DNA from: an uncultured Acidobacteriaceae bacterium
Lineage (GTDB): Bacteria > Acidobacteriota > Terriglobia > Terriglobales > Acidobacteriaceae
Direction of reading: 5' to 3'
NCBI GenBank assembly: GCA_964252655.1
Contig: CAXUNR010000001.1
Coordinates: forward strand, 151,863-215,862
Length of the DNA stretch: 64,000 bases
The position numbers and the translations under genes are program-made. Positions 47,461-56,879 of this stretch are shown here, piece after piece (position 1 is the stretch's first letter; each line of letters opens with the position of its first letter). The notes below the pieces were generated by a model, which ran no database searches, was not told the origin of the DNA, and saw only the letters and a list, made by a program, of their open reading frames with translations.

Positions 47461-48429
47461 TCAGAGTTGCTTCAGCCTGGCCACGGCTCCGGACAATGGA
47501 CGAACCGTAGGCAGCGACGGATACTGGAGCGAGGAGCGACGCTTGATGTCCGGCGTGAGAGTAACCATCTTTTCCTGGCGATCCCGGACGATCACCACCG
47601 TCACAGGCCGGCCCTTCGCGTCGCGAACCGCCTTGGCCCACTGCGTCATGGTCACCAGCATACGGGAGTCCGCGCGCACCATCACATCGCCGGCCCGGAT
47701 CCCGGCCATCGCGGCGGGACTGTTCGTGTCTACCCCGCGCACCAGCAGGCCCGTACCATTGGGAACGCCGAAAAAAGAGGCAAGCTGCGGCCCTACCCGC
47801 TCCAGCATTGCGCCGGTATAAGTGGGGCTGGTGAGTAGGCTGCCCAGAAAGCTCTTGCCGTACTTCGGCGGAGGCAGCGGAGCGGCAGGGGTCACGGACG
47901 GGACGTCCGCCGGCCCTGCAGGTGTACTCTCCGCCGCCGAAGCCGCCAGCACTGGAGGCGCGTTCAGGTGCCGCTCCCACGCCTGCCGTTCGACCTCCTC
48001 GCGGTCGGCCATCTGCGCGGTCACCACCATCTGCTGGCCATCGCGAACGATGGTGAAAACTACGGTGCGCCCAGGAGACGTGTCACGCAGCATCTTGCGG
48101 ATCTGGTCCCCGCCTTCGATTGCAACGCCGTTCATTTGGGTAATGACGTCGCGTTCACGCAATCCCATCTTGCCCGCCGGACCATCGTGGTCGACTTGCA
48201 CGATCTCGGCACCGCGCGCCTCTTTCAGCTTGAGCGCCGACACCTCATCATCATTCACATCTCTCACGCCAACCCCGAGATAGCTCTGGCCATGACTCGT
48301 CCCGCTGTGCTGCTTTGCAAGCGGCCCAAAGCGACCCGGAAAGGAAGCGGCGGCCGCAGACGCTATGTGCATCGCCAGCATGAGCGACAAAGCCCATCCC
48401 GATCTCCGGTAGCCTACCCAAATTTTCAT
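47461..48429 (-). CDS. Exported double-PDZ protein without a protease domain
   Basis: Signal peptide and two PDZ-like segments (LGVGVRDV...GAEIVQVDHDGPAGKMGLRERDVITQMNG, and GLLVRGVDTNSPAAMAGIRAGDVMV) separated by a Pro/Ala linker. Confidence 0.75.
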   Translation of the reverse strand: MKIWVGYRRSGWALSLMLAMHIASAAAASFPGRFGPLAKQHSGTSHGQSYLGVGVRDVNDDEVSALKLKEARGAEIVQVDHDGPAGKMGLRERDVITQMNGVAIEGGDQIRKMLRDTSPGRTVVFTIVRDGQQMVVTAQMADREEVERQAWERHLNAPPVLAASAAESTPAGPADVPSVTPAAPLPPPKYGKSFLGSLLTSPTYTGAMLERVGPQLASFFGVPNGTGLLVRGVDTNSPAAMAGIRAGDVMVRADSRMLVTMTQWAKAVRDAKGRPVTVVIVRDRQEKMVTLTPDIKRRSSLQYPSLPTVRPLSGAVARLKQL

Positions 48430-48467
48430 CTTGCTCCACCCCTAGTTACGCGCCAATCCAATCGGAT

Positions 48468-49430
48468 CTATTGAAGGGAGCCGCTGCCCTGAAGCGCCTG
48501 GGTGCTGACCGTACGCAGATACGGGTTTTCGTCGGTCGTCGAGATCGTCCGCAGCACCTGCCGCACACTGCTGTCGCTCTGCACCGGCTCGAGCAATGCG
48601 ATCGCTCTGGTCCGCACCGCCGCACTGGCATCGTTCAGCGCGACATGCGCCACTGCGTCGCGCACACGTTCATCCTGGCTGACATAGCGCTGCATGCTCT
48701 CCAACACCCGGAGCCGTACGCTGGGACTGCGATCGGTGCGCAGCACGGCCAATAACGTCGATCGCACGCCCGAGCCATCCGACTCCGCCTTACATTCATG
48801 CCCAATCTTGCACTCTCCAGCCAAAATTCCCACCGACTCGGCCTGTACCACGTTCGTCGCCGCCGCCTGCGTGCCAACCAGCAGCAACTTGCGAATCTGC
48901 GGATCGTTGAGCGTGCCCTGCGCCATCTCCGGTACGACCCGGTTGTAGCTCACCTGGACCATGTCCCCCGGAAGCTGCGTAATCGCGGAGATCGTCGAGA
49001 CTCCGCCTCCGTTGGGACTCGAAATAAAGACTGGCACCGTGGGCCGCGGCGTGTGCGCGACCTCGTACCGATGCGCAAAGTTGCCACCTAGAAAACCGAT
49101 CCCTACCAGTAGCGTAGCCAGCGCGGGAGCCCCTTGCAGATGCCGCAACCAGGAGTTTGCGTTGATTTGCAGAGTCGTCAAAAAGCCATATCGCGGCATG
49201 GCGTCGAGCGCCTCATCCAGGCGCATGCGACTCTGGGCCAGCAGGTTTGGACTGGGATCCTGCAGAGGATGCATAGAAGACAGCAGTTCATTCATGGTCC
49301 GCAGCGTCTCAAACTCCTTGCGGCACACCGTGCACCCTACAAGATGTTGCTCTACCCAGACGAGTTCTCCATCCGGGAGCTCACCATACGCTGCAAGCAT
49401 TACGCTGTTGCGCATACTTTCACATGTCAT
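48468..49430 (-). CDS. Anti-sigma factor (zf-HC2) with one TM and an extracytoplasmic HEAT-repeat domain
   Basis: HLVGCTVCRKEFETL zinc-finger anti-sigma motif, TM LATLLVGIGFLGGNFA, and C-terminal repeats (SVRLRVLESM..., AVRTRAIALL..., YLRTVSTQAL). Confidence 0.8.
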   Translation of the reverse strand: MTCESMRNSVMLAAYGELPDGELVWVEQHLVGCTVCRKEFETLRTMNELLSSMHPLQDPSPNLLAQSRMRLDEALDAMPRYGFLTTLQINANSWLRHLQGAPALATLLVGIGFLGGNFAHRYEVAHTPRPTVPVFISSPNGGGVSTISAITQLPGDMVQVSYNRVVPEMAQGTLNDPQIRKLLLVGTQAAATNVVQAESVGILAGECKIGHECKAESDGSGVRSTLLAVLRTDRSPSVRLRVLESMQRYVSQDERVRDAVAHVALNDASAAVRTRAIALLEPVQSDSSVRQVLRTISTTDENPYLRTVSTQALQGSGSLQ

Positions 49431-49514
49431 TGCGTTTCGCCTCGTCCAGCCTCAAATTCCTACCGCTACATCACTTCCAGGTCTTCTGCCTGGTAAGTCC
49501 AACCATGCCTTGCT

Positions 49515-50282
49515 TTACAGCCCGCGCAGCTCCGCCAAATTTAAGCGCAGCTTGCGTGTCGCGCGAAAGAGCGTGTTTTTTGCTGTCTCTTCGGTAGTGC
49601 TCAACATTTCCCCGATGGTTCGTAGCTTTAGGCCTTGATAATGCTTGAGCTCAAAGACGGTACGTTCCCGCGGCGTCAGCTTATCGAGCGCACTCGCGAT
49701 ACGCTCGCCCATCACCTTCCGGTCCAACTCGCGGCCCGGATTTGCCATGGCGCGTCCGTCGGTCACATTCGCCATTAGGTCCATCTCGTCGCCGCTCGCG
49801 TCCAAGAGCGTGGCTGGATCCTCCCGCCGCGACTTCCTCCGGCGTAACTGGTCCAGACAAAGATTCGTGACAATCCGGTAAAGCCACGTGTAGAAAGAGC
49901 ACTCAAAACGGAAATTGCCGAGATGCCGATATGCCTTGATGAAGGCATCCTGGTGCACGTCCTGCGCGTCCTGCTCGTTACCGAGCATATGCAGGGCGAG
50001 TCGCAGTACGCTTTGGTCGTAGCGCCTGACCAGTTGGTCAAAGGAGGAGCGGTCCCCCTTCTGCGCCTCGCGGATCAGCTCGTCGTCCTCCAGCCGCTGC
50101 TGCGCGCGCGCCTCCATCTGCGCGGGCGTTAGCTTGTTGCCGCGTGTGCCGGATTGTACCGCCGCCTTCGCCATAGGCGTCGATTCTACGCTTATGGCCT
50201 GCCCTGAGCCAGAATGGCGCAAAGCCGCCATCACCGGCGATAGGACGCCCTCAACCTTCAAACCGAACGATTCAGCGCTCAT
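49515..50282 (-). CDS. ECF-type RNA polymerase sigma-70 family factor
   Basis: Region 2 (DAQDVHQDAFIKAYRHLGNFRFECSFYTWLYRIVTNLCLDQLRRR) and region 4 (LTPRERTVFELKHYQGLKLRTIGEMLSTTEETAKNTLFRA). The true start may be an internal Met, because the N-terminal 70 aa or so are atypical. Confidence 0.85.
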   Translation of the reverse strand: MSAESFGLKVEGVLSPVMAALRHSGSGQAISVESTPMAKAAVQSGTRGNKLTPAQMEARAQQRLEDDELIREAQKGDRSSFDQLVRRYDQSVLRLALHMLGNEQDAQDVHQDAFIKAYRHLGNFRFECSFYTWLYRIVTNLCLDQLRRRKSRREDPATLLDASGDEMDLMANVTDGRAMANPGRELDRKVMGERIASALDKLTPRERTVFELKHYQGLKLRTIGEMLSTTEETAKNTLFRATRKLRLNLAELRGL

Positions 50283-50436
50283 ACGAAATCCGACTCCGGA
50301 GTCAGAAAATGAAAACTAAAGAATAGACCGCGTCTGCCGATAAAGGTAATCAAAGGTGGATCTTCTGTTTCGATCTTCTTCCCACTGTTGGACCCTATTC
50401 CAAGGAGCCACGCTCGTGCGCGATTACACTCATCGG

Positions 50437-51105
50437 ATGTCCCTTTTTTCGAATCCAGCCGTATCAGCGACAGAGTGGGTGCATGCGCATTGCGATGGCG
50501 GCTCGCGCGGCAATCCAGGACCCTCCGGCTACGGAGCCGTGCTGACCGACGCCGAGGACAACACTCTGGCCGAACTTTCCGAGTATCTCGGCGTCCGCAC
50601 CAACAATTACGCCGAGTACTCCGGCCTGCTGGCTGTGCTGGCCTGGGCGCTCGAGCATGGGCACTCCCGCATGAAGGTGGTCTCGGACTCCGAGTTGATG
50701 GTGAAGCAGGTTCAGGGCAAGTACAAGGTCAACTCGCCCGACCTGAAGCCGCTTTGGCAGGAGGCACGCAACCGTATCGCCCGCCTGCAGGCCTTCGAGA
50801 TCAGCCATGCGCTGCGTCATAAAAACAAGGCCGCCGACGCACTGGCGAATCAGGCCATGGACAAAGGAACACGCCGGGGGAGCACGACGGGTGCGGTCGA
50901 GTCGCTTCCGCTGCGTCCCAAGCCAACAGCCGCGCCTGTTTCCTCTTCGTCGAAACCGATGCACGCAACCCTCGAACCCATGGAGTCGCGATCGCGTCCG
51001 GCAGCGCCGGATATGCTGCGGGGCTTCACCCGCGACGGTGCCGTACACCTGCTCGGAGGAGCTACGCTGCCGGACGGCATCTTCGTCAAGATCATTTGCG
51101 AATGA
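50437..51105 (+). CDS. rnhA: Ribonuclease HI with a C-terminal extension of about 90 aa
   Basis: DGGSRGNPGPSGYGAVL...NNYAEYSGLL...VVSDSELMVKQVQGKYKV. An Ala/Pro/Ser linker and a short beta-rich tail (RGFTRDGAVHLLGGATLPDGIFVKI) follow. Confidence 0.85.
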   Translation: MSLFSNPAVSATEWVHAHCDGGSRGNPGPSGYGAVLTDAEDNTLAELSEYLGVRTNNYAEYSGLLAVLAWALEHGHSRMKVVSDSELMVKQVQGKYKVNSPDLKPLWQEARNRIARLQAFEISHALRHKNKAADALANQAMDKGTRRGSTTGAVESLPLRPKPTAAPVSSSSKPMHATLEPMESRSRPAAPDMLRGFTRDGAVHLLGGATLPDGIFVKIICE

Positions 51106-52949
51106 AGATGGCGGCGACCATCTTTCTGCTGCTGATAGAAGTGTTTGCCGGGGCGCAGCAGACTCCCAGGCCGCCGGCGGTGTCGCAAACGGCCAGCGTC
51201 AGCTCGACCGAACCGCTGCCGCTCAACGCTCCCGACGCGGTCGATCGCTCCGTCTGTACGCTCGACACGGGCGACCCGGCGACGCAGCCGCTGTTTCAGT
51301 CCACAGTGGACTTCCTGCGGCTCGACTCTTCAGTCACCCTGATTGAACGCAGCCCCGCTGGCGTGCAGGCTGACATCTCGATCCGCGGCACCACCTTTGA
51401 GCAGACGCTTGTGCTGCTGGACGGCCTGCGCCTGAACGATCCGGAGACTGGGCACCTCAACCTGGATTTGCCCATTCCGTTTGAAGCGGCCACCCGCATC
51501 GACGTCCTGCACGGCTCGGGCTCGACCTTCTTCGGCTCGGACGCCATCGGCGGCGCAATCAACCTGATTACCGCCGCGCCGGTCCGGACCTCCGGAACCT
51601 TGCGGCTGGGCGGCGGCAATCTGGGCTCGACCGAGCAGCACCTGGAGTTGGCGGGCGTTACGCACCGCCTCGCCGCCACCCTGACCGGCGCGCGCGACAC
51701 CTCGGAGGGATTTCTGTATGCAGGCCAGAACGATCGCGGATACCACGCGAACACGCTCGCTCTCGACAGCTTCCTGACCGTAGCCAAGCCGCTCGCCCCG
51801 ACGGAGATAATTCTGGGGGCCTCCGACCGACCTTACGGCGCAAATTTGTTCTACGGCCCGTACGAGTCGAGCGAGCGCACCAAAGGCTGGTTTGCTGCGG
51901 TGCGCCAGCCACTCCCCGCAAACTTCTTTGCTGACTTTGCCTTTCGCCGCCATACCGATCTGTTCGTGCTTGAGGTCTTCGATCCAGCACTTTACGAGAA
52001 CAACCACGTGGACAGCCTTTGGCAGACCGATCTGCGCCGAGCACACACAGTGGCGCATCGCTTTGACCTGGCTTATGGCCTTGAGGCCGATGGCGACGCC
52101 ATCCGCAGCAGCAATCTTGGCCGCCACGCGCGCAACCAGGGCGCGGGTTACGCCAACGTGTCGTTTCACTCGTTCAAGCGCCTTACCCTCTCGGCCGGCG
52201 CACGGGAGGAGATTTTCCGCGGACCGACATCGGTCTTCTCGCCGTCCGCGTCGGCCGGCTTCTTCTTCGGCCATGGTCTCCGCGCGCACGCGGCGGCTGG
52301 CCGCGGGTTTCGGCTACCTACCTACGTCGACCTTTACTATTCGGACCCAACTACGATCGGCAATCCAACCCTGAAGCCTGAGACCTCGCAGAATTACGAA
52401 GGCGGCCTGGAGTGGATTCCGGCGCTGGGCTCGGTAGGAAACCAGCCTCGGCTGCGGCTCAGCGCCACAGGCTTTACGCTCCGCCAAACCGACGCAATCG
52501 ATTACTCAAAAAACTCGCTTTCAGCACCCTACCAGGCGACCAACGTGGGCCACCTCGCGTATTCCGGGTTGGAGTCGCTGGTGACCATTCGCCCCTCGAC
52601 GAGGCAGACCTTCGATCTCGGCGAGACGTTCCTTTACGCTGTCCCACCGCCGGCCGGGCTCATCTCCGAGTACGCCTACAACTATGCGAGCCATAACGCG
52701 AGCTTCGCCTGGCAGGGAGTCTTTACCTCGGCCCAGCTCGCCGCGCGCACCCAGGTCTCGGTCGTTCAGCAGGCCGGGCGTACCGCCTATCCCCTGTGGA
52801 GTGTCGCCTTGACCCGCACGCAAGGCCGGGTGCGGCCATACGTGAGGGCCGACGACCTAGCCAATATCCGCTATCAGGAACTCCCGGGCGTTCCGCTGCC
52901 AGGGAGGACGGTCCTTGCGGGAATTACCTTAACCTGGGCCGAGCATTAG
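51102..52949 (+). CDS. TonB-dependent outer-membrane receptor
   Basis: Signal peptide, plug motifs (ISIRGTTFEQTLVLLDGLRLNDPETG, DVLHGSGSTFFGSDAIGGAINLIT) and a long beta-barrel region. ATGA overlap with the rnhA stop. Confidence 0.85.
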   Translation: MKMAATIFLLLIEVFAGAQQTPRPPAVSQTASVSSTEPLPLNAPDAVDRSVCTLDTGDPATQPLFQSTVDFLRLDSSVTLIERSPAGVQADISIRGTTFEQTLVLLDGLRLNDPETGHLNLDLPIPFEAATRIDVLHGSGSTFFGSDAIGGAINLITAAPVRTSGTLRLGGGNLGSTEQHLELAGVTHRLAATLTGARDTSEGFLYAGQNDRGYHANTLALDSFLTVAKPLAPTEIILGASDRPYGANLFYGPYESSERTKGWFAAVRQPLPANFFADFAFRRHTDLFVLEVFDPALYENNHVDSLWQTDLRRAHTVAHRFDLAYGLEADGDAIRSSNLGRHARNQGAGYANVSFHSFKRLTLSAGAREEIFRGPTSVFSPSASAGFFFGHGLRAHAAAGRGFRLPTYVDLYYSDPTTIGNPTLKPETSQNYEGGLEWIPALGSVGNQPRLRLSATGFTLRQTDAIDYSKNSLSAPYQATNVGHLAYSGLESLVTIRPSTRQTFDLGETFLYAVPPPAGLISEYAYNYASHNASFAWQGVFTSAQLAARTQVSVVQQAGRTAYPLWSVALTRTQGRVRPYVRADDLANIRYQELPGVPLPGRTVLAGITLTWAEH

Positions 52950-52976
52950 GTGCCAAGCGTCAGGTGCAATGCCCCT

Positions 52977-53513
52977 CTATTTCGCCAACTCCGCTTTCAC
53001 CATATCGCTGACCATCTTGCCATCCGCCCGCAGCCCGCTGGCCAGCAGCCGCTGCTGCACCACGCGCATCGCCGGTCCCATGTCCTTCGGCCCAGGCTTT
53101 GCACCGTCATTGCCTGCCGCTAGATGATGCAGCGCGCCCATTACCACTGTTCGCACCTCGTCCTCGCTGGCCGACTGCGGCAGATAACCCTCAATCATGC
53201 CGATTTCTGCCTGTTCCTTCTCCGCAAGCTCGGGCCGGCCACCCTTGGTAAATGACTCCACCGACTCGCGCCGTTGCTTGATCAGCGTTGTCAGTATCTG
53301 TGCCTCTTCCCCATCGGTCAGCGGCTCGCGCTTGTCGATTTCCTTGCTCTTCAACGCCGCTTTCACCATCCGCAACGTCGTCAGCGTATGCTCATCCCTC
53401 GCCTTCATGGACGTGATAATGTCTTTGCCGATCCGGCTGCCGATGCTGGCCGGCTTGGCCCCGGTCTCCGCGCTCACGCCTCCGCTGTTCGGCTTCTCTT
53501 CCTGCTCGTTCAT
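52977..53513 (-). CDS. GatB/YqeY-domain protein
   Basis: 178 aa. ITSMKARDEHTLTTLRMVKAALKSKEIDK...LIKQRRESVESF is the YqeY signature. ATG at 53513. The longer ORF to 53984 is an antisense shadow of the aminotransferase gene. Confidence 0.85.
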   Translation of the reverse strand: MNEQEEKPNSGGVSAETGAKPASIGSRIGKDIITSMKARDEHTLTTLRMVKAALKSKEIDKREPLTDGEEAQILTTLIKQRRESVESFTKGGRPELAEKEQAEIGMIEGYLPQSASEDEVRTVVMGALHHLAAGNDGAKPGPKDMGPAMRVVQQRLLASGLRADGKMVSDMVKAELAK

Positions 53514-53642
53514 GATGGCTCCTCGCCGTCCTATCTTACTGCCGCAGAATGGAAACACATCCACGGCTGCAAATTCCGTGCGTAGTTGGCCGAAGCCGGC
53601 GGCGTACCGTTCTTCACTTCTATAGCTGGCTACAATAGGATC

Positions 53643-54932
53643 ATGATCCGCAAGACGCGTCTCTTCACCCCCGGCCCCACGCCTCTGCTGCCCGCCGCTC
53701 AGTTCGCCATGGCCGCCGCCGACATCCATCACCGCACTGCCGAGTTTCGCGCGCTCTTCACCCGCGTACTCGCGCAGCTCAAACAGTTCGTCGGCACCGA
53801 GCAGGGGGACATCGTCATTCTGTCCAGCTCCGGAACCGGTGCCATGGAAGCGGCCATGTCGAATCTCACCTCGCCCGGCGACCGCGTCCTGGTCCTCACC
53901 GCGGGCAAGTTCGGCGAGCGCTGGTCGGCTCTCGCCAAGGCCTTCGGCTGCGCGGTCGATGTCGTCTCCGCGCCCTATGGACACACCTTCTCGCTCGATG
54001 AGGTCAAGGCCGGGTTAAAGCTTGAAACCCGCGCCGTCTTCATGCAAGCCTCTGAAACTTCGACCGGCGTGCGCCACTGTGTGCCGGCCATCGCCAACCT
54101 GCTCAAAGAGATCGGCTCGGAAGCCCTGCTGGTGGTCGACGCCATTACCGGGCTCGGCACCACGCACCTGGACATGGACGGCTGGGGCATCGATGTACTG
54201 ATCGGCGGCTCGCAAAAGGCGGTCATGATTCCGCCCGGACTTTCCTATATGGCGGTCAGCCCGCGCGCCTGGGACCGCATGGAAGCCACCTACAACCCGC
54301 GCTACTACTTCGACCTGCGCAAGGAGCGCAAGAACGCCCGCTTGGGAGAGTCCGCCTACACGCCTTCGGTCGCATTGATCGCCGCGCTCGGCGCCGCGCT
54401 CGACTGGATCGCCGCGCAGGCCGCCACGCCCGAGAATCCCGCCGGAGATTTGGTCGAAGGCCGCCGCAAGCTGGTTGATAACGCCGAAACGATCGCCGCC
54501 ATGACTCGCGCGGCCATGCTCGCCCTGGGCTGCACGCTCTTCGCGCCCGATGCCCCGTCCGCTGCCGCCACGGCTGTTCTGCCACCGGCCGGGGTCGACT
54601 CCGGCCTCTTCGTCAAGGAGCTCAAGGCCCGCTTCGGAGCCATCATCACCAACGGCCAGGGCGAGATGAAGGGGCAGATCTTCCGCATCGCGCACCTCGG
54701 CTTTTTCGACTATATGGACACCATCGCGCTGGTCGGCGCGCTTGAGCAGGTGATGGTGCGCTCCGTCCCGCAGGCCTGCGGAATCGACGGGCAGCCCATC
54801 CAGTTCGGAGCCGGGCTCATCGCCGCGCAGAAGCGCTACGCCGAGAGCTCGCATCCGGCCGCGGAAGAGCGCAGGTGCATCTGCGGACGCACCGATGCAT
54901 GCTGCTCCCTGCAGAACGCTGCGGCAAAATGA
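53643..54932 (+). CDS. Class V pyridoxal-phosphate aminotransferase (serine-pyruvate/alanine-glyoxylate type)
   Basis: MIRKTRLFTPGPTPLL N-terminus and the PLP-Lys region GGSQKAVMIPPGLS. It has an unusual Cys-rich C-terminal tail (RRCICGRTDACCS). Confidence 0.85.
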   Translation: MIRKTRLFTPGPTPLLPAAQFAMAAADIHHRTAEFRALFTRVLAQLKQFVGTEQGDIVILSSSGTGAMEAAMSNLTSPGDRVLVLTAGKFGERWSALAKAFGCAVDVVSAPYGHTFSLDEVKAGLKLETRAVFMQASETSTGVRHCVPAIANLLKEIGSEALLVVDAITGLGTTHLDMDGWGIDVLIGGSQKAVMIPPGLSYMAVSPRAWDRMEATYNPRYYFDLRKERKNARLGESAYTPSVALIAALGAALDWIAAQAATPENPAGDLVEGRRKLVDNAETIAAMTRAAMLALGCTLFAPDAPSAAATAVLPPAGVDSGLFVKELKARFGAIITNGQGEMKGQIFRIAHLGFFDYMDTIALVGALEQVMVRSVPQACGIDGQPIQFGAGLIAAQKRYAESSHPAAEERRCICGRTDACCSLQNAAAK

Positions 54933-55720
54933 GAAGGCTCTCGGCAACAAAGTCCAGCAGATTCTTATTCCTAGCGATTCTCCTTGTGTTGGCCGCTCGG
55001 ACAATGAAGGCCGCTCCCGTGCAGCGCTGCCAGGTGCTTGCCCGCCTGCCACACTCGACTGACAGCTACACCGAAGGCTTCTTTTTCCGTGACGGCCACT
55101 TCTACGAAGGCACCGGCCTCAAGGAGCACTCCGCCATCCTCGTCACCGAGCCGGCGACGGGCCATGTCGTGGCTCGTCACGAGTTGCCGCCGGAGTACTT
55201 CGGCGAGGGTATCGTCGATTGGGGCAACAACCTGCTCGAGTGGACGTGGCAATCGCACGTCGGCTTCCTGCTCGACCGCACCTCACTCCGCGTCGTCGGA
55301 CAGTTCCAGTACACCGGCGAGGGCTGGGGCATGACCCGCACCGACCGCGAACTCATTACCTCCGACGGCACGCCGATCCTGCGCTTCCGCAACCCCGACA
55401 CCTTCGACCAGACCCGCACCCTTACCGTCAAAGACGACGGCGTTCCGGTGCGCAATCTCAATGAGCTCGAGTACATCCCCACCGGCGGAGGCGAGATTTA
55501 CGCAAACGTTTGGCACAGTGACCGCATCGCGCGCATCTCGCCTATAGATGGTCATGTGATCGGCTGGCTCGACTGTGCCGGCCTCTTGCCGGACAACCAG
55601 AAGAAGGACGCCGAGTCTGTCCTCAACGGCATCGCCTACGACGCCAAGCACAAGCGGCTGTATGTGACGGGCAAGCAGTGGCCGACGATCTTCGAGATCA
55701 AAGCAGGAGCAGCTTATTGA
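54929..55720 (+). CDS. Glutaminyl-peptide cyclotransferase (beta-propeller type)
   Basis: Signal peptide, YTEGFFFRDGHFYEGTG, GEGWGMT and NELEYI motifs. ATGA overlap with the upstream gene. Confidence 0.8.
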   Translation: MRRLSATKSSRFLFLAILLVLAARTMKAAPVQRCQVLARLPHSTDSYTEGFFFRDGHFYEGTGLKEHSAILVTEPATGHVVARHELPPEYFGEGIVDWGNNLLEWTWQSHVGFLLDRTSLRVVGQFQYTGEGWGMTRTDRELITSDGTPILRFRNPDTFDQTRTLTVKDDGVPVRNLNELEYIPTGGGEIYANVWHSDRIARISPIDGHVIGWLDCAGLLPDNQKKDAESVLNGIAYDAKHKRLYVTGKQWPTIFEIKAGAAY

Positions 55721-55788
55721 TCTGGACAGAAGTAAGCGGTTCGGCTCGAAGGACTTTGCAAGCCAGGCGATATAATTTCGCAACTCAC

Positions 55789-56876
55789 ATGAACGTTCTC
55801 GTCTGCACACTGGTTCTCGCTCTGCCTATTGCTGCCCAGCAGCCATCTGTCGTACCTGGTTCACTGGCTCCACAAACCGTTTTCCAGCAAACCAAGCCGC
55901 GACTGTAGTGATCCTCGCTGGTGAGGGCTCGGCCCGCCTGCACTCCATTGCCACGGGAGTCATCCTCTCCAAGGATGGCCTGATCCTCACGGCCCTGCAC
56001 GCAATCAAGGGCGCTCCTGAAGTGCAGATTCGGACTCCAACTGGAGAAATCTTTGACCAAGTTGTGCTTCTCGGGACCGATGAGCGCCGCGATGTAGCCG
56101 CCCTGAAGATCACCGCCCATGATCTGCCCGCGCTGTTCACGCATAGCGGCTCCGCGCTGACCATGGGAGACCCCGTTTACGCAGTTACCAACGCGAACGG
56201 ACTTACCTGGTCTGCAACTCAAGGCATTCTCTCTGCTGAGCGTATGGCAGACGAAGTTCCGGATGCCGGTGCGGGCTTTCGCCTTCTTCAGTTCACCGCC
56301 CCAGTGGCTCCCGGCTCCAGTGGCGGAGCGCTTGTAGACCAGAACGGTCAATTGATCGGCATCATCACCAGCGGCAAAGGCAATACTGCTTTTGCAATCC
56401 CGATCGACAGCGTCCTTGGCTTGCCAGAGTCCGGCCAACACGTCACCCTTGGCTCAGGAGCATCGCTCCAAATGCCTGCTGTCATGGCCGCACAAATTCC
56501 TCAATCGAGCGCAGCCCTTGCTGATGCGAACCCAAAGCAGATGATCAAAGATGCCAAGACGGTCTACATTCACTCGAAGACGTCTTTTCTGACTGTGGAC
56601 ACTTTGGATCGCGCACTTTTGCTCCAGAAAAACTGGGAAAAGCTGGGACTTACCATCGTCAATGACCAGCGCGTCGCCGATCTCCTGATCGAGGTTGATC
56701 GCCCACTCTTTACCTATGTTCACACCTTCGTTCTCTGCGACAAGAGGACGTCCATCGTGCTTGGCTCCGGTAAGGTTACCGCCTTTGATGGAACAATTGC
56801 CTCGGATGGCATCGCCAAGGACATCGTCAAAATCTTTGCCGCAATCCGGCTGCCACCCCCCATGCCAAAGAGCTGA
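55789..56876 (+). pseudogene. Trypsin-like (S1C-type) serine protease whose signal peptide is in a different frame from the catalytic domain
   Basis: From ATG 55789 the frame encodes MNVLVCTLVLALPIAAQQPSVVPGSLAPQTVFQQTKPRL*. The protease frame (ATVVILAGEGS...LTALHAI...DVAALKI...GSSGGALVD) has no ATG, GTG or TTG before 55908. A -1 shift at ccg|gcg (about 55897-55901) joins the two. Confidence 0.6.
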
Positions 56877-56879
56877 CGC

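Noticed and set aside
51000-51101. Cobalamin or other riboswitch ahead of the TonB-dependent receptor.
   Set aside because: The receptor start overlaps the rnhA stop, so the upstream sequence is coding. There is no room for a leader RNA.
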